A stretch of 32,000 nt of DNA. Source: Nitratidesulfovibrio vulgaris str. Hildenborough. Its GTDB lineage: Bacteria; Desulfobacterota; Desulfovibrionia; Desulfovibrionales; Desulfovibrionaceae. The notes under the pieces are model-generated. The model was given only the letters and a program-made list of their open reading frames with translations, was not told the origin of the DNA and did not search any database. The translations under genes and the position numbers were made by a program. Shown piece after piece: positions 9,138 through 18,174 of the stretch (position 1 is its first letter; every line of letters starts with the position of its first letter). The DNA lies in the NCBI RefSeq assembly GCF_000195755.1, contig NC_002937.3, forward strand, positions 1,140,001-1,172,000, in the 5' to 3' direction.

Positions 9138-9812
9138 CTAGAGTGCCTCGCGCGTGGCAAGGGTGTCGAGCCTGTCTGTCTGGCGGGTCTGCATGTAGCG
9201 CACTCCGGTGAGTGCTGCCCACATGAGGCCGAAGACGGCGACGCAGACGACGGCGGTGAGTTTCATTTCCGGTTCGAGGCCGCCATCGCGCGAGGCGAAG
9301 ACGGCGGGGTGTATCGAGCGCCACAGACGCGCCGAGAGAAAGACCAGCGGCACGTCGACGAAGGCGGCAATACCCACGACGGCGGAGACCGTGGCCTGCC
9401 TGTCGCGGGAGAGGTTCATGGAACGCAGGACGAGGTATCCGGCGTAGACGAACCACATGACGAGCGTGGTGGTGAGACGCGGGTCCCATGTCCACCATAC
9501 GCCCCATGAATGTCGTCCCCAGATGGAACCCGTGACCAGCGCAAGTCCGCTGCACAGCACGCCCACCTCGGCGGCGGCACCGGCGAGGCTGTCCCAGCGC
9601 CTGTCGCGCGTACGCAGAAAGGCGATGCTGGCGATGAACACCGTGAAGAAGCTCACGAACGACCACCATGCCAGCGGCAGGTGGGTGTAGAAGATCTTCT
9701 GCACGAGGCCCATCATGGATTCGACGGGGGCGTACACGTAGATCAGGTATTGGCACACGGCCAACCCCGCACCGGCGGCGAGGGCTAGGGGAGCGAGCCA
9801 GTTGTTGCGCAT
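9138..9812 (-). CDS. ccmC: Heme exporter protein C
   Basis: Trp-rich heme-handling motif WGRHSWGVWWTWDPRLT in a multi-TM protein. Confidence 0.92.
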   Translation of the reverse strand: MRNNWLAPLALAAGAGLAVCQYLIYVYAPVESMMGLVQKIFYTHLPLAWWSFVSFFTVFIASIAFLRTRDRRWDSLAGAAAEVGVLCSGLALVTGSIWGRHSWGVWWTWDPRLTTTLVMWFVYAGYLVLRSMNLSRDRQATVSAVVGIAAFVDVPLVFLSARLWRSIHPAVFASRDGGLEPEMKLTAVVCVAVFGLMWAALTGVRYMQTRQTDRLDTLATREAL

Positions 9813-9863
9813 GGTGTCGCGTCCTGCGGTCGTGGACGACCGGTCTTCGCGGCAGGGCCGCGG

Positions 9864-10541
9864 TTAGTCTTCGCCCCCGTAGAGGAAGCCGAAGAGGACG
9901 ATGCCCGTGCCGAGGAAGAGCGCATCGAATGCGCCGATGATGCCAAGCCACTGCGCGCAGCCTTCGACCATCTCCTCCGAGAATGCCCCGGCACCCACGC
10001 GGATGCCTGCAAGCAGCACGGGCACGAGCAGCGGGAAGAGGACGATGCTGAGCAGCGACTCGCGCGCGGCCTGCCCCTGAGAAAGGGCCCCGAGCAGCGA
10101 ACCGAGGGCTACGATGCCCACGTCGGCGAGCAGCACGGTCAGCAATCCCACATCCCACAGTGACGACAGTTTCTGCCCCAAGAACACCACCGTGGCAGGC
10201 AGGAACACAAGCTGCGCCGCCAGAAGCAGTAGCAGCCCCGAAAGCGCCTTGCCAAGCCACACGGACTGCACCGGCACAGGGGCCAGCAACAGGCCGTAGC
10301 GGGTGCCGTTGGCCTCTTCGATGCTGTAGAGCGTGTTGTAGATGAGCACCTGACAGAACGCCGAAGCCAGCCAGAAGATGGCGGCGGCGCCCTGCGGCGT
10401 CATGGTCTCGCCGACCTGCTGCGACAGGCTGAACACGAAGATGAGCAGCAAGCCAAGCAACAGTGCCTGAACAAGGCCCGTACCCCGTGCCAGCACGAGG
10501 CGCAGGTCTTTCATGGCGATGGCGGATGCGGCCTTCAGCAT
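9864..10541 (-). CDS. ccmB: Heme exporter permease CcmB
   Basis: MLKAASAIAMKDLRLVLARGTG... is a polytopic membrane protein. ATG 10541 is preceded by GGAGGTG and overlaps the ccmA stop by 7 nt. The track start 10658 lies inside ccmA. Confidence 0.9.
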   Translation of the reverse strand: MLKAASAIAMKDLRLVLARGTGLVQALLLGLLLIFVFSLSQQVGETMTPQGAAAIFWLASAFCQVLIYNTLYSIEEANGTRYGLLLAPVPVQSVWLGKALSGLLLLLAAQLVFLPATVVFLGQKLSSLWDVGLLTVLLADVGIVALGSLLGALSQGQAARESLLSIVLFPLLVPVLLAGIRVGAGAFSEEMVEGCAQWLGIIGAFDALFLGTGIVLFGFLYGGED

Positions 10542-11185
10542 ACGGCCACCTCCGGCGTATAGTCGGCGGCGGGGCCGTCGTAGGACACGCGGCGGTCGCC
10601 AATGGCGACCACCCTGTCGGCACGGACGATGTCGGAGGCCACGGAATGGCTTATCCACACCAGCCCGGCGCCGCCCTTGCGGGCCGCGTCTATCTCACGG
10701 TGCAGGATGCCGAGGGACCGGACGTCAAGCCCGGTCCCCGGTTCATCGAGCAGAATCAGTTTCGGTTCGAGCAGCAGAAGCCGCGCAAGGTTCAGGCGCT
10801 GGGCCATACCCCGCGAGAAGCCGCCCGCCCGTTCGTGTGCGAAACGCTTGAGTTCCATGCGGTCGAGCGCGTTCAGCAGCCGTCCTTCGTCAGCGGAGAG
10901 GTCGTGCAGCGAACTCCAGAACGCGAGGTTCTCCAGCGCGGTCAGGTCGGGATAAATGAAGGTCTGGTGGCCGAGATAGCCCAGCTTCTCGTCAGGGACG
11001 GAACGTTCCACGGTGCCCGCGCTCGGGCGCGACAATCCGGCCATGATCTTAAGCAGGGTCGACTTGCCCGCACCGTTGGCACCGGCAAGCAGCGTCACCG
11101 TACCCTGTTCGACGGTGAGGCTCACGTCCTTGATGATCAGCCGGGTGCCGTAGAACTTGGCGACCCTTTCAAGCCTGAGCAGCAT
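10535..11185 (-). CDS. ccmA: Heme exporter ATP-binding protein CcmA
   Basis: Walker A GANGAGKST, signature FSRGMAQR, Walker B LILLDEP. ATG 11185 shares one nt with the ccmF stop (TGATG). Confidence 0.9.
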   Translation of the reverse strand: MLLRLERVAKFYGTRLIIKDVSLTVEQGTVTLLAGANGAGKSTLLKIMAGLSRPSAGTVERSVPDEKLGYLGHQTFIYPDLTALENLAFWSSLHDLSADEGRLLNALDRMELKRFAHERAGGFSRGMAQRLNLARLLLLEPKLILLDEPGTGLDVRSLGILHREIDAARKGGAGLVWISHSVASDIVRADRVVAIGDRRVSYDGPAADYTPEVAVC

Positions 11186-13080
11186 CACGCCTCCGCTGTC
11201 TTCCGGCGACGCATCCCGATGAAGGGGAACAGGCACATGATGATGCTGCCTATCCAGACCCAGTTGATCAGCGGGGTGACGTTGAGGTGCAGGGTGGCCT
11301 TGCCTTCGCGGTCGACGCCAAGCAGTACGGCATAGAATTCGTTGCCGAGACCCGGAATGGTCGACGCCTCGGCGAACGCCTGCTTGCCGAACTTGGAGTA
11401 GATGCGGCGTTGCGGCTGGGCCATGCCCACATCGGAGCCGTTCTTCTTCACGTCGAGTTCGGCCTCGATGAAGATGTAGCCGGGGCCTTCGCCCTCGTAC
11501 AACGCCTTGAAGGTCACGTCGTATCCGGCCACCTGCACGGTGTCGCCCTGCTGCATGATGACCTCATGCTCGGTCTTGTACGGGCCGGAGAAGGCCACGC
11601 CAAGGGCGGTGAGCGCAAGGCCGATGTGGACGCCGTAGGCGGCCAGAGACTGCGGCGAGCGCCTCAGGTGCGGTTCGGTCGCCAGCAGCATGACAATGCC
11701 GCCAAGGGCCGCGATGGCACCGGCTGCACCGAGGACTGCGGTGGGGATGGTGTAGCCAGCGGCCCATATGCCGCCAGCGGCCCCGACGAAGAGACCCAGT
11801 GCCGTGACGGCACCCACCTTGTTGCGCAGGCCGCCCTTCCAGCCAAGCCAAGGGCATATGGCGAGCATGACGACCAGCACGGCGAAGAGCGGGAGGCACA
11901 CACGGTTGTAGAACGCCGGTTCCAGCCCCACGGGCTTGTCGACCCAGAACTTGCTGAACACGGGCCACATGGTGGCGACGAGGATGATGGCACCGAGGGC
12001 AAGCAGCACCCACGCGACCATCACGAGAAAGCCCTCGCGGCTTTCGACACCCGAAAGGGGCTTGGCATCCGGGTGTTTCCACAGGATGGAGCCACCGAGG
12101 GCGACCGCGGTGAAGACGATGATGAAGATGAGCAGGGGAGTGCCCACGCCGCCGTCGCCGAAGGCGTGCAGCGATTCGACCACGCCGCTTCTGACCAGAT
12201 AGGTCGCGAAGAAGGCGGAGATGGTCGTCAGGGCCATCAGGAAGGTGTTCACACGGTGCAGCTTGTTGCGTCGGGCCTCGATGACGGCCGTATGCAGGTA
12301 CGCGGAGGCGATGAGCCACGGGATGAGCGATGCGTTCTCGACCGGGTCCCATGCCCAGTAGCCGCCCCAGCCGAGTTCCATGTAGGCCCACCAGCCGCCA
12401 AGCACGATGCCGGCGGTGAGGAAGAGCCACGCAACAAGGGTGAAGGGACGTGCATGGTCCGCCCATGCGCCTTCGGAGAGACGCATGCCGCTCAGCGACT
12501 GTGCCAGCGCAAGACAGCCGGGAATGGCGAAGCCGCCGTAGCCGAGGAAGAGCAGCGGCGGGTGGAAGATCATGCCGGGGTTCTGCAGCAGCGGGTTCAG
12601 GCCGTTGCCGTCCGCCGGGGCGGGGTCGACCACGGTGAAGGGGTTGCTCCAGCAGGTGAGAACCAGCAGGAAGAAGCCCATCATGGCGAGAAAGAGCAAC
12701 CAGAACCACATGCGGGTCGGTTCGCTCACACGCCGATAGACGGGGGAGAAGAGGAAGAACACACCGAACAGCGCGACCGACCAGCCCCAGAAGAGCATGG
12801 ACCCGGCCTGCCCAGCCCAGAATGCGGTGAGACGGTAGAACAGGGGCAATGCCCTGTCGGTGTAGCTGGCGACGTACACCAGCGAGAAGTCGAAGTTCGC
12901 AAGGGCATGAAGAAGCACGGCTGATGCCACCGACATGAACGCGGTGAGCATGAGGTGCCCCTTCTCCATCCACGGCAGCGCCGTGGTTCTGCCCTGCCAT
13001 ATCTGTATGGCCGCCGTGCCCGCAAAGAAGAGCGCGAACAGCAGCGAGGCTACGAGAAGCAGGTAGGCGGAAAGGTGCAT
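11185..13080 (-). CDS. ccmF: Cytochrome c heme lyase subunit CcmF
   Basis: 631-aa polytopic protein with the WGGYWAWDPVENASLIPW Trp-rich motif. Confidence 0.95.
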   Translation of the reverse strand: MHLSAYLLLVASLLFALFFAGTAAIQIWQGRTTALPWMEKGHLMLTAFMSVASAVLLHALANFDFSLVYVASYTDRALPLFYRLTAFWAGQAGSMLFWGWSVALFGVFFLFSPVYRRVSEPTRMWFWLLFLAMMGFFLLVLTCWSNPFTVVDPAPADGNGLNPLLQNPGMIFHPPLLFLGYGGFAIPGCLALAQSLSGMRLSEGAWADHARPFTLVAWLFLTAGIVLGGWWAYMELGWGGYWAWDPVENASLIPWLIASAYLHTAVIEARRNKLHRVNTFLMALTTISAFFATYLVRSGVVESLHAFGDGGVGTPLLIFIIVFTAVALGGSILWKHPDAKPLSGVESREGFLVMVAWVLLALGAIILVATMWPVFSKFWVDKPVGLEPAFYNRVCLPLFAVLVVMLAICPWLGWKGGLRNKVGAVTALGLFVGAAGGIWAAGYTIPTAVLGAAGAIAALGGIVMLLATEPHLRRSPQSLAAYGVHIGLALTALGVAFSGPYKTEHEVIMQQGDTVQVAGYDVTFKALYEGEGPGYIFIEAELDVKKNGSDVGMAQPQRRIYSKFGKQAFAEASTIPGLGNEFYAVLLGVDREGKATLHLNVTPLINWVWIGSIIMCLFPFIGMRRRKTAEA

Positions 13081-13167
13081 AGAGTCTCCGGCCGTTGCGC
13101 GAACGGCATCAACGCGGATGGCCCAAGGCCACGCGCAGCGGACAGCCCATGGGGGGCGGCGTCCGCC

Positions 13168-13581
13168 TTATCCGCGGTTTTCCTTCTGGTATTTCGAGGG
13201 ACACTTGGTCATGAGGGTGCGTGCCTTGAAGGTGTCTTCACCGGGGGCGAGACCGCCTTCGATGATGACCTCGACACCGGGTTTGAAGGTGTCGGGCACA
13301 GCCCCTTTGTAAAGGACCCACACGGTCTTGGAGGTGTTGTCCTTGTCTTCGAGGCGAAACCGCACACCCGGTGCGCCGTCGAGCATGGTCAGCCCGTCGG
13401 CGGCAACGGTGCCGAAAAGCCTCACGGTGTGCAGCTTGTCTTGGGGAGTGGCAAGGGCTTCGGACACATTCAGGAAGTAGACGCTGTTCTGCGTGAAGCC
13501 CGAGAAGAGCAGATACCCTATGCCGCCGAGGAAGAGTGCCAGGGCGACAAGGTAGAGGCTCTTGCTGTTCTTTTGCGCCAT
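13168..13581 (-). CDS. ccmE: Heme chaperone CcmE, CxxxY variant
   Basis: N-terminal anchor LYLVALALFLGGIGYLLF and an OB-fold body. The C-terminal motif is MTKCPSKYQ, where canonical CcmE has HxxxY; the Cys codon is at 13201-13203. Confidence 0.92.
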   Translation of the reverse strand: MAQKNSKSLYLVALALFLGGIGYLLFSGFTQNSVYFLNVSEALATPQDKLHTVRLFGTVAADGLTMLDGAPGVRFRLEDKDNTSKTVWVLYKGAVPDTFKPGVEVIIEGGLAPGEDTFKARTLMTKCPSKYQKENRG

Positions 13582-13678
13582 GCGATGATCCTTGGGAATG
13601 TTGAACGTGCATCTATGGCGACCCGGCGACGTGTGGCGTGCCGGGGTTCAAGCGGACGGGATGACCCGGAGTGCACAT

Positions 13679-13707
13679 CTGATACGGGTTTTGTGACGTT
13701 CTTGCAA
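13679..13707 (-). promoter_or_regulatory. Possible sigma70 promoter of the ccm operon
   Basis: The minus strand reads TTGCAA, then 17 nt, then TATCAG, about 90 nt upstream of the ccmE ATG. This is a moderate match only. Confidence 0.3.
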
Positions 13708-13718
13708 GAGGATAATGG

Positions 13719-14783
13719 TTACTGATTAGCTTTGATGGCGGCGTCACGCCGTTCGCGTGCAAGTTCACGCAGGTCGGTCACACGGTCTGACTCGTCGACG
13801 ATCTCACGTCCGAGTATCTCCTCAAGGACGTCTTCGAGCGACACGACACCGGCAAGACCGCCGTATTCGTCGAGAACGACGAAGAGATGCACCCGTGCGT
13901 CGAGAAACTGGAAGAGCACCCTGTCCAGCGTCTGCGATTCGAGTGCGTAATGCACGGGCTGCATGATGTCGGCAAGGCGTGTTCCCTCCCGGTCGGCAGC
14001 CACCTCCTGCAACACCCGGCGGCGCATGACGATGCCCACGATGTCCTCGTTGCCTTCGCCGAAGACGGGTATGCGGCTGTAATGCCAGAAGTCGGGCTTT
14101 TCGTAGGCCTCTTCCACGGTGAGGTCGGCAGGCAGCGAGAACACCACGGTGCGCGGGGTCATGATGTCGTGCACATGCTTGCGGTCGAGAGAGAGGATGT
14201 TGCGTATGGACATCTCCTCATGCGGCTGGATACCGCCAGCCTGACGCGAGAGGCTCACGATGGCGCGGATGTCGTCCTCTGTAGCATGGGGGCCCGATGA
14301 GGCGGGCATGATGGCACGCGTCACCCATCCGCCCAGCCAGATGACCGGCATGAGCAGGATGACCAGAAAGCGCAGGGGGTACGCGATGACGGAAGCCAGA
14401 GGACGGGCGTACGCCACGCCGAGGGTCTTGGGCAGGATTTCCGAGACCACGAGGATGAGGACGGTGAACCCCGCGGCGAAGGCGGGCATCTGGTCGGGTG
14501 ACAGGACCTCGGCCGCGTAGGAACCGGCGATGGCGGCACCGGCGGTGTTGGCGATGGTGTTCAGCGTGAGGACGGCTGTGATGGGCTGTTCGATGCGCGA
14601 GCGCATGGCGAACAGCAGTTTTCCGACGGGGCTGCCCGATTTGCGCAACTGCTCTATGTGACTCCAGGGGACGGAGTACAGGATGGCCTCGGTGATGGAA
14701 CACGAGGCCGAGACCACGACCGAAAGGGTGACGGCCACGACGAGTGCTAGCATGATGTGAAATACCGATGCGGCCGGAGGCAC
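13719..14783 (-). CDS. CNNM/CorB-type transporter (DUF21 membrane domain plus CBS pair, hemolysin-like)
   Basis: Four N-terminal TM helices, an SEILPKTLG motif and a CBS pair (IMTPRT..., IVGIV...). There is no CorC/HlyC C-terminal domain. The start is uncertain: GTG 14783 or ATG 14753, neither with a clear Shine-Dalgarno. Confidence 0.8.
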   Translation of the reverse strand: MPPAASVFHIMLALVVAVTLSVVVSASCSITEAILYSVPWSHIEQLRKSGSPVGKLLFAMRSRIEQPITAVLTLNTIANTAGAAIAGSYAAEVLSPDQMPAFAAGFTVLILVVSEILPKTLGVAYARPLASVIAYPLRFLVILLMPVIWLGGWVTRAIMPASSGPHATEDDIRAIVSLSRQAGGIQPHEEMSIRNILSLDRKHVHDIMTPRTVVFSLPADLTVEEAYEKPDFWHYSRIPVFGEGNEDIVGIVMRRRVLQEVAADREGTRLADIMQPVHYALESQTLDRVLFQFLDARVHLFVVLDEYGGLAGVVSLEDVLEEILGREIVDESDRVTDLRELARERRDAAIKANQ

Positions 14784-14948
14784 GCAGGGACAGACGTATT
14801 GCCGAGAAGCATGGCATGAATCGTAAGCGCTGGAAGGCCCGAAGGCAATGCCCGGCGTGAAGAAACAGGTGAAATCGCGTGGCTTGCAAAGTCTTCTGCC
14901 TCATGCCACAAGGTGCCGCAACCATCATCATATAGTGCGAGGAAAGCC

Positions 14949-15587
14949 ATGGCATTGCGAAATCTGCTGCTGGACAGGGACGGCACGGTCATCGAAGACC
15001 GCCATTACCTGTCCGACCCGGAGGGTGTGACCCTGCTGCCCGGAGTCGGCCCTGCCCTCGGTCGTCTTTCGCGGGCAGGTCTCCGGCTGTTCCTCGTCAC
15101 CAACCAGTCGGGAATCGGCCGGGGATACTTCACTGTCCCGGACTATGAGGCGTGTCAGGCCCGACTCGCAGCCTTGCTCGCCCCATACGGGGTGACGTTC
15201 GTGGATGTGGCCTGCTGCCCCCATGCCCCCGATGAGGAATGCTCGTGCCGCAAACCGGGTACGGGCATGTGGGATGTGCTGCAGAACCGCCACGGCCTTG
15301 TCGCAGGAGAGACGGCGATGGTGGGGGATAAACTGGATGATGTGCTCTTTGCGCGTAACGCCGGACTCGCCGCAGCCATACTCGTGCTCACGGGCAAGGG
15401 GGCGAGGGCGGCAGGGAGTATCGGCCTTTCCGTGCCTGCCGGGGGCACGTGCCTTGATGTGGCCCCCTCCGGGGGCGATGCCTCTGGACGGCCCGATGTG
15501 GTGGCGTGCGACCTCGTTGCCGCGGCCGACTGGCTTCTGGCCGTCAGTGCCCGGCGTAGTGCGCCGTCTCTGGAGGAACTTTGCTGA
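14949..15587 (+). CDS. gmhB: D-glycero-D-manno-heptose 1,7-bisphosphate phosphatase (HAD-IIIA)
   Basis: LLLDRDGTVIED (motif I), VTNQSGIGRG (motif II), Zn-loop CCPHAPDEECSCRKPGTGM, and GDKLDD. ATG 14949 is preceded by GAGGAA. Confidence 0.85.
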   Translation: MALRNLLLDRDGTVIEDRHYLSDPEGVTLLPGVGPALGRLSRAGLRLFLVTNQSGIGRGYFTVPDYEACQARLAALLAPYGVTFVDVACCPHAPDEECSCRKPGTGMWDVLQNRHGLVAGETAMVGDKLDDVLFARNAGLAAAILVLTGKGARAAGSIGLSVPAGGTCLDVAPSGGDASGRPDVVACDLVAAADWLLAVSARRSAPSLEELC

Positions 15588-15823
15588 TGTCCGCAGGTGA
15601 TCTTTTGCGCAGAGGGGACACCCCGCGTGGACTATGGCCATCGGATACCATGTCTGCCGGATTGTCCATGACGGCCATAGAGGGGACATGCCCCTCTCCA
15701 TCCGCCTGCCTGCAAGCGGGAGTCCTTGCCTCGCAGCCTATGGATGAAAGGGCGACGCCGCCCTCGCATACGTCAGGAAAACGCGCTGTGAACTGTCAGT
15801 CCGGTCCCGTCAGGGGGGAAGCC

Positions 15824-16858
15824 GTGCGCCGTATCGGCGTCTGGAACACCGCCTTTCTGGGCGACGCGGTGCTGACCTTGCCTCTGCTGCATACCCTGCA
15901 TCGCCGCTTTCCGGATGCGGAAATCCATTTCTGGGTGCGCAAGGGGGTGGGGGCCTTGTTCACCGCCGTGCCATGCCTCGCTGCTGTCCATGAATTCGAC
16001 AAGCGCGGCACACAGGGCGGTGGTGGTGCCGTGTTCGGACTAGGCCGGGCGCTGGCGCGTCAGGGCTTCGACATCTGGGTGAACGCTCACACCAGCCTGC
16101 GAAGCGGTCTTGTGGCGCGGGCCACAGGGGCACCTGTGCGTATCGGCTACGACAGGCCGTGGTACAATCGCCTGTTGCATACGCACGTGGTAGACCGCAG
16201 GTTCGACGAACTGGACGAGATAGAACGGCTGTTGCAACTGGTCGGCCCTCTTGCCATCGAAGACCGGGAGACATGGCCTGAACTCGTTCTGCCAGCCGAT
16301 GCCCGTGAACGGGCAGAAGCCTACTGGCAGCGGTATGTGCGGGGCCCTGTCCTTGGAATGCACCCCGGTTCGGTATGGGCCACCAAACGCTGGACGGCGG
16401 CGCACTTCGCCGAGGTCGCCCGTCGTGCCGCCGCAGAAGGGGTGCAGGTGATGCTCTTCGCCGGGCCCGGTGAAGAGACGGTGGCACGGTCCGTGGTCGC
16501 GATGGCGGGGCTGGAGGGTTCTCCGGCGTTGCTCGACATGGCGGGAGCCCTGTCGCTTGTCGACCTTGCGGCATGGCTTGGCAGACTCGACTGTTATCTC
16601 AGCAACGACTCAGGCCCCATGCACATCGCGTGGGCGCAGCGTACGCCCGTGACCGCTGTCTTCGGTCCCACCGTGCGCCGACTGGGCTTCTATCCGCGCG
16701 GCGAGGGCACGACAGTATTCGAAGTCGACCTCGACTGCCGCCCGTGCGGGTTGCACGGGCCGCAGCAGTGCCCTCTGGGCCATCATCGCTGCATGACCGA
16801 CGTCACTCCCGACATGGTGTGGCCCGACATCCGGCGCAAGCTCTTCGGTCAGTCCTAG
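15824..16858 (+). CDS. ADP-heptose:LPS heptosyltransferase (GT9)
   Basis: V/MRRIGVWNTAFLGDAVLTLPLLHTL at the N-terminus and LSNDSGPMHIAWA near the C-terminus. I prefer GTG 15824 (AGGGGGGAA upstream, 344 aa). The 80 codons upstream in the track ORF have only about 62% third-position GC by hand count. Alternative starts are 15587 and 15740. Confidence 0.78.
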   Translation: MRRIGVWNTAFLGDAVLTLPLLHTLHRRFPDAEIHFWVRKGVGALFTAVPCLAAVHEFDKRGTQGGGGAVFGLGRALARQGFDIWVNAHTSLRSGLVARATGAPVRIGYDRPWYNRLLHTHVVDRRFDELDEIERLLQLVGPLAIEDRETWPELVLPADARERAEAYWQRYVRGPVLGMHPGSVWATKRWTAAHFAEVARRAAAEGVQVMLFAGPGEETVARSVVAMAGLEGSPALLDMAGALSLVDLAAWLGRLDCYLSNDSGPMHIAWAQRTPVTAVFGPTVRRLGFYPRGEGTTVFEVDLDCRPCGLHGPQQCPLGHHRCMTDVTPDMVWPDIRRKLFGQS

Positions 16859-16892
16859 TCTGTATGGCCTTGGGATGGTGATGCCAGCCTGC

Positions 16893-16910
16893 GGGCGTCG
16901 AGCGACGCCC
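16893..16910 (+). terminator. GC hairpin downstream of the heptosyltransferase (weak terminator candidate)
   Basis: GGGCGTC-GAGC-GACGCCC lies 35 nt after the stop. No U-tract follows it. Confidence 0.3.
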
Positions 16911-17352
16911 CTCTGGCGGTCGTGCCCCGGCATTTGAGCCGGGACATGCGTCGTTCATGGCAGACTCGAGAAGGGCCTGACAGCCCCCGGCAGCCCCTGA
17001 AGCCATGGCCGCGTGGCGGCTGCTGTGCGTCATCGTGCGGGGATATGCCGTCGGCTGCCACTCTTCCGGCTTCCCCCGGAGGCGAACCTCTTCCGGCTCC
17101 ATGTCTCGCGGGGTGTGCCTTGCGCGGCTGCATGGTCGGCGACCCCGTTGTCGGTACGAAGCGCATCCACTGTCGGCGTACCGTCTTTATCGCTCGTGCC
17201 GAAGCCAGTGCCCCCCCGACTACCTGCCTGTACACCTGCCTCGGTTCCCCTGCTGGTACGCAATGCCGCAGTCGTCCTTTCGGATGCCGTGAGGCCGTTG
17301 CGCCACCTGTAATCGGGACGTCAACGTACTTCGGCGGTCTGGCGGCTGCGGG

Positions 17353-18174
17353 CTATTCGGTCGTCTGGCTGGTATGGGGGTGGTCGTCATCATGCCCGGC
17401 GTGATGATGGCTGCCGTCATGCTGATGGCAACATCCGCGCGACGGATGCTCGTGTGCGACCTCCCCACCGTGGTGGATGTGGGTGTGCACGTGAGGGGTG
17501 TGCCTTGATGTGCACACGATACCGTCGTCGACGGTGAGAAAGGTCGTGCAGGTGCGGGCGAGGAAGTCCCAGTCGTGCGAGATGATGATGTGCGTTGCAC
17601 TCATCCTGTTAAGGACGTCGATGAGGCGTTGGCGGGTGGCAGGGTCGAGGTCGTTGGTGGGTTCGTCGAGAAGCAGCGCCGTGGGCTGCATGGACAGCAC
17701 CGACGCCAGTGCCACCATCTTCTTCTCTCCGCCGGAGAGTCGATGCGTCACCCGTGCACCGAACCCCTCAAGCCCGAGTCCTTGTAGTGTCTGCGTGGCA
17801 CGTTCGCGCGCCTGTTCCGGAGACAGCCCCAGATTGAGCGGCCCGAAGGCCACATCTTCAAGCACGGTGGGGCAGAACAACTGGTCGTCGGCATTCTGGA
17901 AGAGGAATCCGATGTCGCGGCGCAACGCGGCAAGCGACGCCTCGTCGTGCGCCACGGCGTTCCTGTGGTGTACCGTGCCCGACTCGGGCCGTAGCAATCC
18001 CATGGCGATATGCAGCAGCGTGGTCTTGCCGCTGCCGTTGTGCCCCAGAAGGCCAAGCCTGTCGCCCTGCGCGAGGTGCAGGGTGGCACCTCGCAGCACA
18101 GGTGCGGTCGTGCCGGGATAGGTGAAGTGGATGTCGTCGAGAGAGAGAAGGGGATTCCCGGTCGTGTCGGTCAT
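17353..18174 (-). CDS. cbiO: ECF-type Ni/Co transporter ATPase (CbiO/NikO) with a His/Cys-rich C-terminal tail
   Basis: Walker A GHNGSGKTT, signature LSGGEKK, Walker B LLLDEPT, H-loop ISHDWDF. ATG 18174 overlaps the cbiQ stop (ATGA). The last 53 residues contain 16 His and 3 Cys. Confidence 0.9.
   Translation of the reverse strand: MTDTTGNPLLSLDDIHFTYPGTTAPVLRGATLHLAQGDRLGLLGHNGSGKTTLLHIAMGLLRPESGTVHHRNAVAHDEASLAALRRDIGFLFQNADDQLFCPTVLEDVAFGPLNLGLSPEQARERATQTLQGLGLEGFGARVTHRLSGGEKKMVALASVLSMQPTALLLDEPTNDLDPATRQRLIDVLNRMSATHIIISHDWDFLARTCTTFLTVDDGIVCTSRHTPHVHTHIHHGGEVAHEHPSRGCCHQHDGSHHHAGHDDDHPHTSQTTE

Noticed and set aside
16803-17404. Small ORFs in the heptosyltransferase/cbiO spacer: 16803..17102 -, 16855..17235 -, 17005..17292 +, 17013..17312 +, 17030..17263 - and 16922..17404 +.
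   Set aside because: There is no Shine-Dalgarno and the composition is odd (Arg/Cys/Pro-rich). GC by codon phase is flat over 17101-17340. The weak periodicity in 16981-17100 cannot discriminate between two antisense frames. The region is kept as a finding but not annotated as CDS.
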